DNA of 64,000 nucleotides from Podarcis melisellensis. Taxonomy: Eukaryota. Position 1 is the stretch's first letter. Every line of letters starts with the position of its first letter. The notes under the pieces were generated by a model. That model saw nothing but the letters and a program-made list of their open reading frames with translations, was not told the DNA's origin and made no database searches. The stretch lies in NCBI GenBank assembly GCA_964234715.1, contig OZ174279.1; one strand, written 5' to 3'. This document shows positions 48,201 through 61,100 of the stretch, piece after piece. The position numbers were made by a program, and so were the translations under genes.

Positions 48201-51200
48201 ACTTGGGAATGTTCCTACATTGCCTTGAATGGTGCTTTCAGACTTTTGTTTTATTGGGATTGCTAGTGTACTCTTAATTGGTGTGTTCTATTCTATAATG
48301 TTGCTGTCTGGTAGTCTAGTTAAAGCTTTACATGTAGTTTGTTACCAAGAGGTTTTCAGAATGATACTGTCTTAAGCAAAATGGCCACTTAATGGGATGT
48401 TGTTCAAAAGAGAGCTCAAGGATTGAATCCTGTGTGTATCTTTTGCTTTCTTTTTAGATTCTGCAGGTATCCTTGGTCTGAAGGGCTACGTGGCAGAGAG
48501 GAAGGGAGAGCGAGAAGAGATGCAGGATGCCCATGTCATTCTGAATGATATCACAGAAGAGTGCAGCCCCCTCCCCTCTCAGATGTGAGTATTATATTTG
48601 CATATGAGCATATTGACTTGTGTGTGTGTGTGTGTCTGTCCTAGTCCTACTTTGTCCTGGATAGCCTGTTTTGCCATATGTGGACAATAATTTTAAAGCT
48701 GCTTTCCAGTTGATTTGGTGTCTGGAAATAGTGTTTTCCTTTTTGAAATGTGTTATGCCAGCAATGGTTATTAGACATATCTATATAATAAATTAGCTCT
48801 GGTGTTGGAGATGGCATGCCTTTGAGTGGGGAACACTGTTGCACTTAGGCCTTGTTTCTGGGCTCCTAGAAAACATTTGGTTGGCCATTGTGGGCACAGA
48901 ATGCTAAACTAAATGGGCAGTTGGTATAACTCGGTGTGATTCTTCCTGTTCCTATTGAACACATACATTCACACCTCAATGCACCTTTCCTCACAGATGT
49001 AATTCTGGGAGATACAGCAGAAAATTGGGCCCAAGTTATCCTAAAAGAGCACGTCAGATATTTGATTTCCATCCTTTTTATTCTGTATTCTTCTAAAGAG
49101 GCAAGATCTCTAATTGTGTAACTGTTAAGATTCTACCAGTGGCATTGGAAAACCTAGGATCTGGGTCCTTGTTGATATTGGGGGCTGCTTCACACATTGA
49201 CAAATTCATAATTTAAAGAGAAATGTGAAACCTGTACGTAGGCAATCCATGTCGGGAATGAGGACCCTGTTGCCCTGTTCATGGACTGCAACTCCTGTAA
49301 TCCCTGACCATTGGCCATGCTTGCTGGGGCTGATGTTGGGAGTTGAACAGCGTCTGTTAAACACCAGATTGCCTATCCTTGTGGTACATGGATGAGGGAG
49401 GGTTGTGCTTTTTGCAGATCCGCTAGTGATGCAAGTTCAGCACATTGTCAGTTTCTTGGCCACTTCCAGAGAATTGAGTCAATCTTGTCTTCCTTTACAG
49501 TACCCGTGTCTCATACTTTGCTGTCTTTGATGGCCATGGAGGAGTTCGAGCTTCAAAGTATGCAGCACAGAACCTGCATCAAAACCTGATCAGAAAATTC
49601 CCTAAAGGTAAAAATGGGCATTGGGGAGTGCAGTGTGTGTGCAGTATCATTCTCTGGGGTTTCCTGCTTGCTGAGCACTAGTTTTAAAGCAGTGTAGCTG
49701 CTGCTGCTGCACATTGGTGAGACTTGCTCAGAAGAAACTAACTTTGTGCTTGTTTGGCTACACAATGCCCAGTACTTTTATCAGCTGCACTGGCTCCCAA
49801 TCCGTTTCTGGACCCAATTAAAACTCCTGGTTTCAATTATTTGTTTTCCTTTAAATTGTACCCTGCCTTTATTCCCCCTTAAAAGCCAAGTTGTCACACA
49901 TGTGACTGCAGGGTGGCCTGTCACTCAGGCATTGGACAGACCCAGGCCTGCTGAGCTTCAACACAGTGTCCCTTCACACCATAGTCCTGGGGTCCTGCTT
50001 AAGCCCTAAAGAAATTGGAGCCAGGCTATCTGAAGGAGTGCCTTCTCTAACATATATTTAACCAAACTATGACATTGCCTTCAGAAGTCCTATTCTGTAG
50101 TCCTGTCCTGTGGCAAGTGAAGGATGGTGGGTGGCCTCTAGGGAGACAGCCTTCCTTGCAGGGACACCCCAGTTGCAAAGTACCCTCCCTGAACAGTTAA
50201 TCTGAATTGCAGATTTTCATTTATTTCATAAAATTTATACACCGCTTGATTGTAAAGAAAAGATTGTAAAGAAAAAACCAACAACAACCCTCAAAGCAGT
50301 TTACAAAAGGATAAAACCAAAAAATCAGAGGGGGGAATTCAATATCTTAAAACATACAAGAAGTTAAAATACTAAAACAGATTAAAGTTTTAAGCATCTG
50401 GGTAGGCTTGGCCAAACAGGAATGTTTTTAGCAGACACTGGAAATTAGTATTTTAGTCATATTACATTCTGTAAGCAACATTTCAGGTAATCCTGAGCAA
50501 GAATTTTGATTTGTCTAGCACAGAATATGTTTTGAGGGAAGTAGCTAATCACTTCTTTCGTGTTCATAACAGGAGATGTGCCCAGTGTTGAGAAAACAAT
50601 AAGAAGATGCCTTCTGGACACCTTCAAATACACCGATGAGGAGTTTCTCAAGCAGGCTTCCAGCCAGTAAGTGTAAACTTTCCAGGTATATAGGCCAGGC
50701 ATAGGCAAACTCGGCCCTCCAGATGTTTTGAGACTACAATTCCCATGAGTCCTGACCACTGGTCCTGCTAGGGATCATGGGAGTTGTAGGCCAAAAACAT
50801 CTGGAGGGCCAAGTTTGCCTATGCCTGATATAGGCATTGTGTTAAGCATAATTGGGACTGTATCGCTTCAGAAAAGATGTTTGCATGTTTCCCCTTGTCG
50901 GATGTTCCCTACAGATGAGAAAGAAAGTTGTCAAGTAGCGTTAAAACAAAGCCACCTTCATAACCCCCCCCCTTTTTGCTCCTGCAGAGCCAGTGTGGTA
51001 TAGTAGTTAAAGTGTCAGACTAGGACCTGGGTTCAGATCCCTACACACTTCCACTCACCTTAGGCCGGTCACTGTCTCTCAGCCAAACCTACCTCACAGG
51101 GTTGTTGTGGGAATTAATTGAGGCGGTGAGAACCATTTTCCACCTTTGGCAAAAAAAAAGTGGGCTATAAATGCAATAAATAAATAATAATAATTTGATA

Positions 51201-51918
51201 ACTATTTTTCCATTGCAGGAGTCTTTGTGGGTGGGTGTATACATACTCAGTTGTACACTCCTTCATGTGAACTCAACCATTTCAAAATGCAAGGGGGGCT
51301 ATAGCACAGGTGTGTTCTTAAACTTGTGAGTGGTCCATTAATCCCCCCCCCCTCTTTTTTGCATTGGGCTATCAGTCTCCATAATTGTGCAGCCATGACT
51401 TTTGGAACAATTTGGAACTTGCTTGAACTCACTTTTTTGTTTCCACTTTCTTGTACTCACAGGAAACCTGCCTGGAAGGATGGCTCCACAGCAACCTGTG
51501 TGCTGGTGATTGATAATACTTTGTATATTGCCAACCTTGGAGACAGCAGGGTAAGCAGCACTAGAAGTTGTGGGTCCAATTTCAATACATTTTTCTTGTT
51601 ACTGCATGACGCTAATCTTTTCAGTTCCACCAAAAGATGCTATAGCAGCTGTACCTTAGCACTGTCATTACCTTGCAATATGTCCACCAAGTGTAGTTGT
51701 TGTGAGGAAATGTGCTTTGGAGCAGCTCTGTGATCCATTGGATTTTCTTGGTGAACTCTAGATGGCGTTAAAGACTCAGTGGTGTTGTCTTTCCATCAAT
51801 TTTTAAGATGTTCTCAGCTCAAGCCAATTTCAGGCTCTGGCCATTTTGTGTTTTAAATTTGTTGTTAGCCACCCCGAGCCCAGTTTTCTGAACCAGGAAG
51901 GGTGGGGTATAAATATAA

Positions 51919-51955
<37 letters not shown>

Positions 51956-54931
51956 GTGAGGCTGGAGCCATGCAGTAGAGTGACACTACTTAACTTAGAA
52001 ATTGGGACGCGGGTGGCACTGTGGGTTAAACCACAGAGCCTAGGAGTTGCCAATCAGAAGGTCAGCGGTTCGAATCCCCATGACGGGGTGAGCTCCCGTT
52101 GCTCGGTCCCTGCTCCTGCCAACCTAGCAGTCCGAAAGCACGTCAAAGTGCAAGTAGATAAATAGGTACCACTCCGACGGGAAGGTAAACGGTGTTTCCA
52201 TGCACTGCTCTGATTCACCAGAAGCGGCTTAGTCATGCTGGCCACATGACCCAGAAGCTGTACGCCAGCTCCTTCGGCCAATAAAGCAAGATGAGTGCCA
52301 CAACCCCAGAGTTGGTCACGACTGGACCAAATGGTCAGGGGTCCCTTTACCTAGAAATTGTTTAAGGGTTTGCTTAATGGAAAGTTGTATCCTATAATGC
52401 CCCAAGCAGAGACTTGCAATCCTTGCTACTTGCTCATGAGGGTTCTTCTGTCAGTGCAGGCGCTTCTGTGTCGCTACAATGAAGAAAGTCAGAAACATAC
52501 AGCCTTAAGTCTCAGTAAAGAACATAACCCAACTCAATACGACGAGCGGATGAGGATCCAAAAGGCTGGAGGGAATGTCAGGTAACAGGTTTCTCTTCCT
52601 CCAATAGCCCTTCAGCAACTTTTGGGTTTTTTAGCTGCAAACCACCCCCCTCTGGCCGCCCAATGTAAATGCTCATTTGAACTGTGGAAAATTCTTATTA
52701 ACTGTTAGCTGTAGACTATGTGAGTTGGCTTTTTTATTTTGTTAGAAGCCATCATTTAACTACCTATGTGGATAAATGTTAATAGTTGAAATAAGTTAGT
52801 ATTTTCCTAGCTATATAGAGTATGAATATGAACTGGTATTGTATTTATTGGTGGGGTGTATAAAGAATGTGACTCTGTAAAAATGACAATGCATCTGACC
52901 TTGAGAGCAAACAGGGCCATTTAACCAGATAGCTTTAATCCAGCTGCTCAGATGTCAAACTCTTCTCTTAATGAGACCAAGTGATTCTTACCAAAGGTGC
53001 TGTTGAGTCATTGCATGATAAAAATAAAGGTGCTGCTGTGACTTTGAAGATATTGTTGCCATGTGGTGGAGCTTCCTTCTAACTAGTTCAGCCAGTGGTA
53101 CATAGAGCCAAGTGCTGTTGCTCTCTGAAAGGCAATAGCTTTCCAGGTTCTCAAGCAGAAATATTTCTCAGCTCTTGCTTCCCGAGATCCCTTTAAAGAG
53201 TGGCTGAGAACAGGGAGATGACAGGGTTGAATGAAGCTCCTTATACTTGAAAAGCATGCACATGTTGCCACTTGGTCTCCTAATGAAGATTTTATTCTTG
53301 AATTTTTCAGAAAAAGTCCTGCAAGGGCACATGGGAGTGTGCCATACTGAACAAGTTCAACCAAATTTTAGGTGAATGCATAACTAGGGCAGGTGTTCAG
53401 ATTATATCAACAAATTAACATTCAAGTGCCAACTTGTGATCAAAACATATTTCTTTCTCTTGAGTTCTATAATTATACGGTAAAGTTGCAAAAGGAATTG
53501 TCTAGACCACTTGTGAGGCATCTAGCTAGAGTCTGTAGTAAACTGGATTCACCTTGGTCCTAAATACTTCTAGCTCAGAAGTGGGGAACCCTTGGCCCTC
53601 CAGGTGCTGTTGGAATATCTCTCCCATCTTCTCTGAACGTTGGCAATGCTGCGTGGGACTGCTGGGAGTTGAGCTCACAACAACAGCTGCAGGGCCACAG
53701 GTTCCCCATCCCTGTTCTAGCCTGACAACTTTGGGGATTAAACCCAGTGGCATGCTGAAATAGGCTCTCTCTCCCCACTTTTGTAGGGAAGGACGTGTCT
53801 TGGGTGTCCTGGAAGTCTCTCGCTCCATTGGGGATGGGCAGTACAAGCGCTTTGGGGTCATCTCTGTGCCAGATGTCAAGCGCTGCCAGCTTACACACAA
53901 CGACAGGTAAAACCTGACACAAGTACACAAATGCAGAGAATACAAGTGGGCTGTCTTTAGAATAAACCGTTAAATCACTCCTTGTGTTCTGTTTCGTTTC
54001 TAGGTCCTAATCCCCCCACCCCCCATAAAACTTATCACTTATTGCTCTTCCAGGTTTATCCTCTTGGCTTGTGATGGTCTCTTCAAAGTCTTCTCACCAG
54101 ATGAAGCTGTGAACTTCATTATGTCTTGTTTGGAGGTAAGGGGAAGATAGGCTTGAGTGAGAAGAGACAGGGCTGCTTGTTAGGAAAGGAATATGGAAGA
54201 GGAACTCACTCTTGTTCTTTGGCTGGCATGTAAGACATCCACTTGATGGGTTGCGTGACCTGATTCAACCAAGCAGGGACCGTGTAAACTTTAATATATG
54301 TCTAGTTGCTGTTTCAGGTGGGAAGGGGGCAGAAGAGAGATGGTCCCTCTGTCCCCATAGCAGCAGGTGGTGGGGGGCTTGTGGCGAGTTTAAAAAAACA
54401 CCAAAGCATTCCTTTCAGATGACAGTGCAGGTAGCTAATTGCAAGACTGAGTAGAGGCCCTTTCCTGAGTGTTTTTGTTTAAATGAGATGAGGTTATTCG
54501 CTGTGAAGGAAAAAGCCCCTTCACTGGTGACTTCCCAGCCATGGAATGCCTTCCCCCCAGAAAAACTCCATTGACGTCTATGTTGTGGCCTTTTCAGAGC
54601 CAGCTGAAGACATTTACACACACACACACCTTTCTAGTTCTAAAGCCACATTTTTATTGCTTAATAGATACTTGGCACTACTAAATAATTACACGTTACT
54701 CTGGGAATGAGAGACATGGGCACTGAAGTGCTCTCAGCAAATTAAGTGAAAAGAAACTAACCCGCATTTGTGTATTCTGCTTCCCCACAGGACAAAACGA
54801 TTCCCACGAGAGATGCCAAATCAGCTGCTGATGCTCGGTATGAAGCAGCCTGTAACAGGCTGGCCAACAAGGCTGTGCAGCGAGGCTCTGCAGATAATGT
54901 CACAGTTGTGGTGGTCCGGATTGAGCAGTGA
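44720..54931 (+). CDS. ILKAP: Integrin-linked kinase-associated Ser/Thr phosphatase 2C, complete 12-exon CDS (1185 nt, 394 aa)
   Basis: MDLFGDLPE start; PP2C motifs [49 protein letters not shown]; all 11 introns are GT-AG and phase-consistent. Confidence 0.97.
45437..45502 (+). CDS. ILKAP: ILKAP exon 2 (66 nt)
   Basis: tttcag|GG...TTG|gtatga; [21 protein letters not shown]. Confidence 0.92.
46644..46700 (+). CDS. ILKAP: ILKAP exon 3 (57 nt)
   Basis: ttttag|GA...CAG|gtgagc; [18 protein letters not shown]. Confidence 0.93.
47183..47302 (+). CDS. ILKAP: ILKAP exon 4 (120 nt)
   Basis: cctcag|CT...AAG|gttttc; [39 protein letters not shown]. Confidence 0.9.
48458..48584 (+). CDS. ILKAP: ILKAP exon 5 (127 nt)
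   Basis: ttttag|AT...GAT|gtgagt; [41 protein letters not shown]. Confidence 0.93.
49501..49607 (+). CDS. ILKAP: ILKAP exon 6 (107 nt)
   Basis: ttacag|T...AAG|gtaaaa; [35 protein letters not shown]. Confidence 0.96.
49760..50195 (+). mobile_element. Decayed L2-type LINE ORF2 3' end, interrupted by a second fragment
   Basis: Translates [16 protein letters not shown] and later [15 protein letters not shown], typical of the L2 ORF2 C-terminus. Confidence 0.6.
50573..50666 (+). CDS. ILKAP: ILKAP exon 7 (94 nt)
   Basis: taacag|GA...CCA|gtaagt; [30 protein letters not shown]. Confidence 0.95.
50696..50827 (+). mobile_element. 132-bp palindromic hAT-type MITE with intact TIRs and 8-bp TSD
   Basis: TIR CAGGCATAGGCAAACT / AGTTTGCCTATGCCTG; ATATAGGC duplicated at 50688-50695 and 50828-50835. 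Confidence 0.92.
50986..51190 (+). mobile_element. Older Squam3/MIR-like SINE
   Basis: AGAGCCAGTGTGGTATAGTAGTTAAAG head, ACCTCACAGGGTTGTTGTG core, (AATA)n tail. Confidence 0.7.
51463..51550 (+). CDS. ILKAP: ILKAP exon 8 (88 nt)
   Basis: tcacag|G...AGG|gtaagc; [29 protein letters not shown]. Confidence 0.96.
51919..51955. repeat. (ATT)n microsatellite at a LINE-like tail
   Basis: About 12 perfect units after GGGTATAAATATAA. Confidence 0.9.
52004..52351 (+). mobile_element. Sauria SINE with TSD
   Basis: GGGACGCGGGTGGCACTG...GTCCCTTTACC; flanked by TAGAAATT at 51996-52003 and 52352-52359. Confidence 0.92.
52460..52581 (+). CDS. ILKAP: ILKAP exon 9 (122 nt)
   Basis: gtgcag|GCG...CAG|gtaaca; [40 protein letters not shown]. 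Confidence 0.95.
53576..53714 (+). mobile_element. Older copy of the same palindromic hAT MITE group
   Basis: CAG..TGGGGAACC...GGTTCCCCATCCCTG; flanks TTCTAGCT / TTCTAGCC (7 of 8 match). More decayed copies lie near 40-180, 8957-9077, 18167-18308, 28370-28430, 28890-28990, 37565-37690, 46020-46120 and 49240-49380. Confidence 0.75.
53787..53906 (+). CDS. ILKAP: ILKAP exon 10 (120 nt)
   Basis: ttgtag|G...CAG|gtaaaa; [39 protein letters not shown]. Confidence 0.96.
54054..54135 (+). CDS. ILKAP: ILKAP exon 11 (82 nt)
   Basis: ttccag|G...GAG|gtaagg; [27 protein letters not shown]. Confidence 0.96.
54791..54931 (+). CDS. ILKAP: ILKAP exon 12 (last coding exon, including TGA)
   Basis: ccacag|GAC...CAG TGA; [46 protein letters not shown]. 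Confidence 0.96.
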   Translation, partial: DKTIPTRDAKSAADARYEAACNRLANKAVQRGSADNVTVVVVRIEQ

Positions 54932-55065
54932 TGCCGAGAATAGGTGCAAGTGAGGTCCTTAGCAGCATGCAGTGGATTTAATGGAACAAGTTAGTGTGCC
55001 TGTGAGTGTGTACGTGTGTATGTAGGGTTTCGGTTGTGTTTCCTCCCCGAATGCTCTTATTTGTA

Positions 55066-55071
55066 AATAAA
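55066..55071 (+). terminator. ILKAP polyadenylation signal
   Basis: AATAAA about 135 nt after the stop, followed by a T-rich tract. Confidence 0.75.
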
Positions 55072-58000
55072 AGGGTTTTTTTTTTCTAACTGTTCAAGTT
55101 GGTTCATTGTTTCATAGAATCACAATTGGATGGAATGGGGCTGTCTAATTCACCGAGTGATCTTCTTAGATAAAATAATGTACAGTTGATGCTCATAGTG
55201 CTTGAATTGCACAAGGCACCTTGTTTTTTGTATTCCAGTACCTTAAGCACAAAATACATGCATTTTGTGTTGGTTACGCAGAGGAAGGAAATGATGTATT
55301 GAGCTTCATGAGTTAAAAGATGCTCCAGATTTCAAAACAGTTCAATACAGCTTGAGAGAACTAACTATGCATTCGTAGTTGCCTTTCAGGAATTTCCCTT
55401 TCAGGCAGTTGTAATAATCCATCTGGAGTTTTAAAAAGCGGCTGTAAATTTTGCATGGGAATTGCTAAAAGAGGATCATGCAGGAAAGTTTTTGGGGTGT
55501 GATCTCACACCAAAACCGACTGGATTGCTCTCTGCACCTCTTTAGAGGGGATACTCTTGCTGTTGGCAAAAGGTAGGTATCAAAAGCTAAACTTTAAAAG
55601 ATGAAAAGCTGGTATGTACCTTGGTTGTCATCTGTCAATAGAAAGGAAAGGTTGTGCACACTTGTACCAGTATACTCACTCCTGAGTAAATGGGAATACA
55701 CCAGGCTCTTCGTAGTAGAATCTACATCTGCTATGTGATCAGATGGGGATAGAAAAGTAAGCCACACTTTTGGGATGCTGAGACTTGTATGTGACGTTTT
55801 TGGGAGGAGGGGTCTAATATTTTTCATATCAAATAAGGGCTATGTCATTATGAGTTTAAAAGGTTGCAGTTTGCAAAAGATGAAACACGAACTCTGGGAG
55901 GTTTTTAAGGCTGCTTTATAACTGCATCTACATGACTTGAGGCTTCTACACTGAGTCACTGGCCCTTGAATAAGCTGACTCTGGCACACACTCCTATGCA
56001 AGTCGCCACTTGATGTTTTCAATCAAGTGGTGAGCATGTTGTGAGTTCAGTCACCAGATGTCCTCTGTGATCGTGGATCTGTTGTCTGAAACAGTTCATA
56101 GCAGTTGCTTTAGCAAAAGAAGCCAATTAATACAAGGGAAAGCATATATTTTTTAATTAGAAACTGTCTTGAAACCAATCCATTATAATTTACAGAAAGT
56201 ACACCATGGTGCAACAGTTTGTGTCAGTGCATGCACATACACTCAGCCAATCAGAATGAAAGATAAACAGACGTCTGAGAATGCAAGAACAGCTCTAAAA
56301 CTAAGGGTGTGTGGTACGTGTAACCTCCTGCACTATTCTGTATCGCAAGTCTATGAAAGAACACCACTTTTTCTCTTACAGCCTTGGTTATTTTGTATAT
56401 TCCTTCTCTAAGTAAATAAAATGCATTTAACAGCAAGTGCATAAATATATTTCTTAATATAGTGCAATAAACAGACCTGCTTATAATAGAAGCTTCACTG
56501 GGAAGGCTAATGCTGATTGTGCTGCAGGGCAGGGCACCACCTTGGCCTTATCAGGCCGTGTGGCATTTCCAAAGTGGAAAGGGGTGGGTGTATACAGTTT
56601 ACTGAGAATTTGCCTTTTCTAAAACCTAACAACTTAATATTTGGCTGCCCGGAATCCTTTTCAGTATGCTCTGCCTCTTAAGAATATTTTTGGCTTGGAG
56701 GGAAATAAATTTTCCCTGTTCCTTATTCTTCAGGAGGAAAAAGGAATGAAGGGCAAGGGGAGAGCAGCTTACTTGTCAGTGTTACTCTAAATTAAAACTA
56801 ATCCTTGCATGTAGAAAGATTCAGCTATCAAGAACTCCCTTCTTGCCTTGCTACATTTCTTGATGCAGTCAGTTTTTCCACAGCACTATGTACTGACTGA
56901 AACATGGCTTTCTGCATTCCGAACTGTCCTATTTTAAACTGATCTTGTAAGAAATTATCGAAGAAATAAATCTTGTTGAAGCAGAGGTGGTGCTCCCTTA
57001 TGAAAATTTCCATGATGACTTGCAGGGACTGATTATATAAAATAGAGCAGCTGGGGCAACCTGTTACACAAGTAACTTTTCAGGCTAAAATAGATAAGGG
57101 TATGTGTTCATCCCACACACTTAAAAAAACCCCACAGGAGCAGTTCTAATGCCTGCCTACGTGCCCAAGGTTACAGTAATAGTAGAAGAGGGTGGTGCTG
57201 CAATCGCAATTCTTGGATATCGTACTTTAGGGTGTACACAGCCTCAGAAAATAAGGACAGTTACTAAGAAATGGAAATAACCATATCTTCCCTCGTCACA
57301 TAGTTAGGTTCAAAATAAGTGGCACTAAAGCTGGGCACTCTGTCCATTGGGCTTCATGCTAAATGGACAGTGCAGTCTAATTGACCTAAGGCAATAGAAA
57401 GCCTCTGGCTAACAGTGGACTCAATAAATAGCCTACCATCTCTTCTCTTTCTTTTTAAAACCCTGCTCTAAATATGGTAGCCAATCTACCCACCGTTAAT
57501 TGAAAGTTAGCAATGGATATTGGGCACCATGCAGCACAAAGCAATGGGCAAATTCTGTTTGTGGTTGTTGAAGTCACCAGACAGGCAGAAAATCAACAAA
57601 AGTTAGCACTTTTAACTTAGAAGACTTAGGAACCAATGAGATAGTAAAAGATATTCCAAAAATATATATAATCCTTTGCTAAGGCTTTTCTGTTGAGCAC
57701 AAAACAGCATGTATGCTTCCATGAGGAACCTAGTTTTTGAGAACCACTGCAAACAGATTGCATACTTTTAAGCATCAAACAACAGACATTCAGGAATAGG
57801 AGGAACTTCTAGGTGAGTTGCATCAACCCCGTTAACACTTGATGCTTCCTTTTATAAGTTGGTTCAGCATCCTTTTAATCGGTTTTACTAGATGCTGGGC
57901 CATTTTTCTCAAATCCAATTCTTCACCTTGGTATGCTTAACCAGTAAACAGCAGTGGAGGTTTGCTAGCTTTGCATCAACAGCTATAGTGCTTTGTTCTG

Positions 58001-58100
58001 GTGTTTACCAGCTCCAGGCACTTGATTGAATGAGAAAAATGTAGCAGAGGGGCTGACAAAAAGCAAGGTTTCACCTTCAGAATAGTTGACTGTGAGCCGA

Positions 58101-58199
58101 TCAAATGCCCAAGAGGACAGCACCAAAGTCAGACCCACTTCGAACAGTGAGGGTGGATCCTGTTGCATTGTCTACAAAAACTGAAGCATACTGGCCGGC
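58101..58199 (-). CDS. ERFE: ERFE last coding exon (99 nt, including TGA)
   Basis: minus strand ttccag|GCC...ATT TGA; [32 protein letters not shown]. Confidence 0.94.
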   Translation of the reverse strand, partial: AGQYASVFVDNATGSTLTVRSGSDFGAVLLGI

Positions 58200-61100
58200 C
58201 TGGAACAGAGAAGATAAAGGTGGATAAGCAAAGCAAGACAAATTTCTATGCCAAAATTGGTGCCCTCCCTAGAATTGTTCAGATATACCTAGTGCCTATG
58301 CTACTTTTTAAAGAGGCTGCATACTTGTATTTGCTTGTAGCAAATTGTTTTATAATTTCATGCTAAAGGCCTCCAGTTACTCAATGGCTAAAGGGAAGCC
58401 TGCGTTTAATAGCTGTGGCCTGCATTTTTTTATTCAGGAGAGAGAACAAAATGCAGGTGTTTTGCCAGATTTGTGTCACTAAGCACTGCTGGTTATGACA
58501 ACATGTTACAACTTTGCTTCATGGCTTTTACTCACCTGCAGGAATAAAATTCCATGGATTGAAATTGTGAAATGTTCATTGTTTCTGTCCAACCTGCTCA
58601 CTGTTTCCAGAGAACTGAAAGCAAAAGACACTTCATCAACATGAACAATCCTAGAAAATAGCAGGGTGAGCCATGCATCACTTTAATTGATGAATGGTGG
58701 GTGCACTGGAAAGAGTTAGGTTTCGATGTGGGTGAGTGGGTCTGAATCCTCATTCATCAGTGTTCACTGTGTATCATTTGGACTAGTTCAGGAGTGCGGC
58801 CAGATCCTTCATCCTTCCCTGGACCAACCTTAACACCTGTCAAAGTTCAAAGAGGCTCATTGTAATCCAGTGAGCCCCTCTGAAGTCAGCTTGCAGGTAT
58901 AGTTTGGATTCAAACCTCCTCTGCAGGCAGTTACTAGTTGCTTAGCACATAACCAGCCCAATAAGTTTTCTTGGAGAGTAAGAATATATATGAAAATCTA
59001 TGTATCTTCAGCCTTCAAGGTAGGTCAAGAAGGAAGTTACTATTTCCTCATTTATAGGCTTCTCAGGATAGCTTACAACAGAGTTGAAATTAAATGTGAA
59101 TTTCATACGGTGAAACAGAAAGCAAGAGCATGTAGCAGAGTGGAAATGAATTGGAACTGAAATAAATTCTAGCTGGCTGCTTTCCTAAACAATGCTATTT
59201 CTACTCCACACACTCACATGTTCTGTCGGCAGAGGGACTCAACGCAGATCAGCAAGCGCAGGCGTTCGCGGGTGCGGGGCTGGTTCTTCTTTAGCTGAAC
59301 CTCTGGAACTGTAAAAGGCAGCAACTAGTCAGGCCGGAGGACAGAGGAGGCTTGCTGCTGGGCTGCAATCCTTGACCCCAGCAGCTGGAGGCTATCTGAC
59401 AGTGTCTAAAAGGCCTACCCAAGGTTCAGAGCTTCACTGAACTTTGCTCTGTTCAATATGCAACCTTTATGCTGCTGTTCAGCTTGCCTCAGAGAATGCT
59501 CAGCTGAAATCAGACATCCACTTGAAACTGATAAGCAAATTCCAACACTAACATTACACTGCAAAGTCAACTTTTTATGTCATTACTAAAGATGCTTACA
59601 GAATCCTCCCCTGCTACGTTTCTCCTTGAATTCAGGGCTACATTATTACCCAAGATGTTTACAGAACTGGAGTTGATAACATCAAACTCCATAGTGCTTC
59701 CAGATTCTTATTTGTAGAATGTGCACTTTTCTTTAAAAACATTGGTAAGAGAGTGGGGTGGGGATAATTAACTGCCAGCTCCAAGTTGCTTAGCATTTCT
59801 ATCTTGAAGAACCCAACACGGTATTGCTTTAAGTTAAACACTTACCAATATGTAACGTGGCAGTGAAGATGTAGTATCCACTGAAAGGTGCTATGTATTG
59901 TCCATTGTTAAGGTTTAGCCCTAGGCCACGGTGGAACATCTCTTCTTTTTTAGGCTACGCACAACAACAACAACAAAAGGATTATGAAGCGGAGGAGAAA
60001 ATTGTTCCAGCTTTCCCTGTGGTGCATGGAAGTAGAGCGCTGAAGAACGCCCTTCAAGAAAGGGGAAAGGGACCGAACATGGATCACTTTTGAACATACT
60101 TAAGAGGGATGCATAGTTATGAGATGAACAACAAAATATGGCAATATTTTATAACAGGGGACATATGTCTAGCTTGGCCAAACAAATTCAGAGCCTGGTG
60201 CCCAGATATTTCTCCATCAATGGCGGCAGCTTCCAGAATTTTTATTGTGTATCTAAACATTTTTTCCAGGGACAACTTAAATTCTGGAAAACCAGATTTC
60301 AATTATTTAGATCATCAGTTGCAGAACACACTCTAATACCCTTAGAAATCAGGAGATTGGGGGTGGTTTTAAGACAGAATTTATAGGGTTGGTTGTCTTG
60401 TTAGGGATACTGAAGCAAAAACTACCTTCCCTTTTGCTGACATTTGCAAGAAGAAATGACACCAAGCTACTCACTATGTAATAGAACTGAAGCTCTTGCA
60501 ATGACCGCCGTTCAATTGAAATGTTTCTCCGGGTCCGACAATGGAAAGCTGCTTGCACTCGCCCATGCTCCCTGCTTTCTAGAAGTGGTCCACTAATCTG
60601 GGCCAGAAAGTTATCTTCTCTGGACCTGTCGTCGTCGTCGTCTTCTTGGCAGTTGTCACAGGCTTTCTGACTGATCCTTTCCCGTTCCCTGATTACACCT
60701 GAGCAGCCAAAACACAAAATCCCATTACATGAGCCCATTCATGTTCTCTGTAAGTCCAAACCTGCACCTACTTGCTTTCAAACACAACAAGGTCACACTA
60801 GGCAATATGCCTATAGCCATCTTAACACTGGAAGTCCCAAGACTTTGTGAATCTGTATTATTTTGGACAGCTGGCTCGTTGGAATGTATGTTCACCTGTT
60901 TCTAGAGCAGTAAAAATACTGGACTTAAGAGTTTGCAGGATCAGACCAGAGCTCCAACAAGTCCAACATTCCGTTCTCACAGTGGCCAGCTAGATGCCCA
61001 AGGGAAATTCACAGGCAGGATCATGTGATTCCCATGTGATTTTCAACTAGTGGTACTCACAGACACTTTTGGCACCAGCATCAGATGTAGTACATAGCTA

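Noticed and set aside
55072-58100. Iron-responsive element in the ERFE 3'UTR
   Set aside because: The minus-strand CAGTGN loops checked (near 56496 and 57745) do not form the C-bulge plus 5-bp upper stem.
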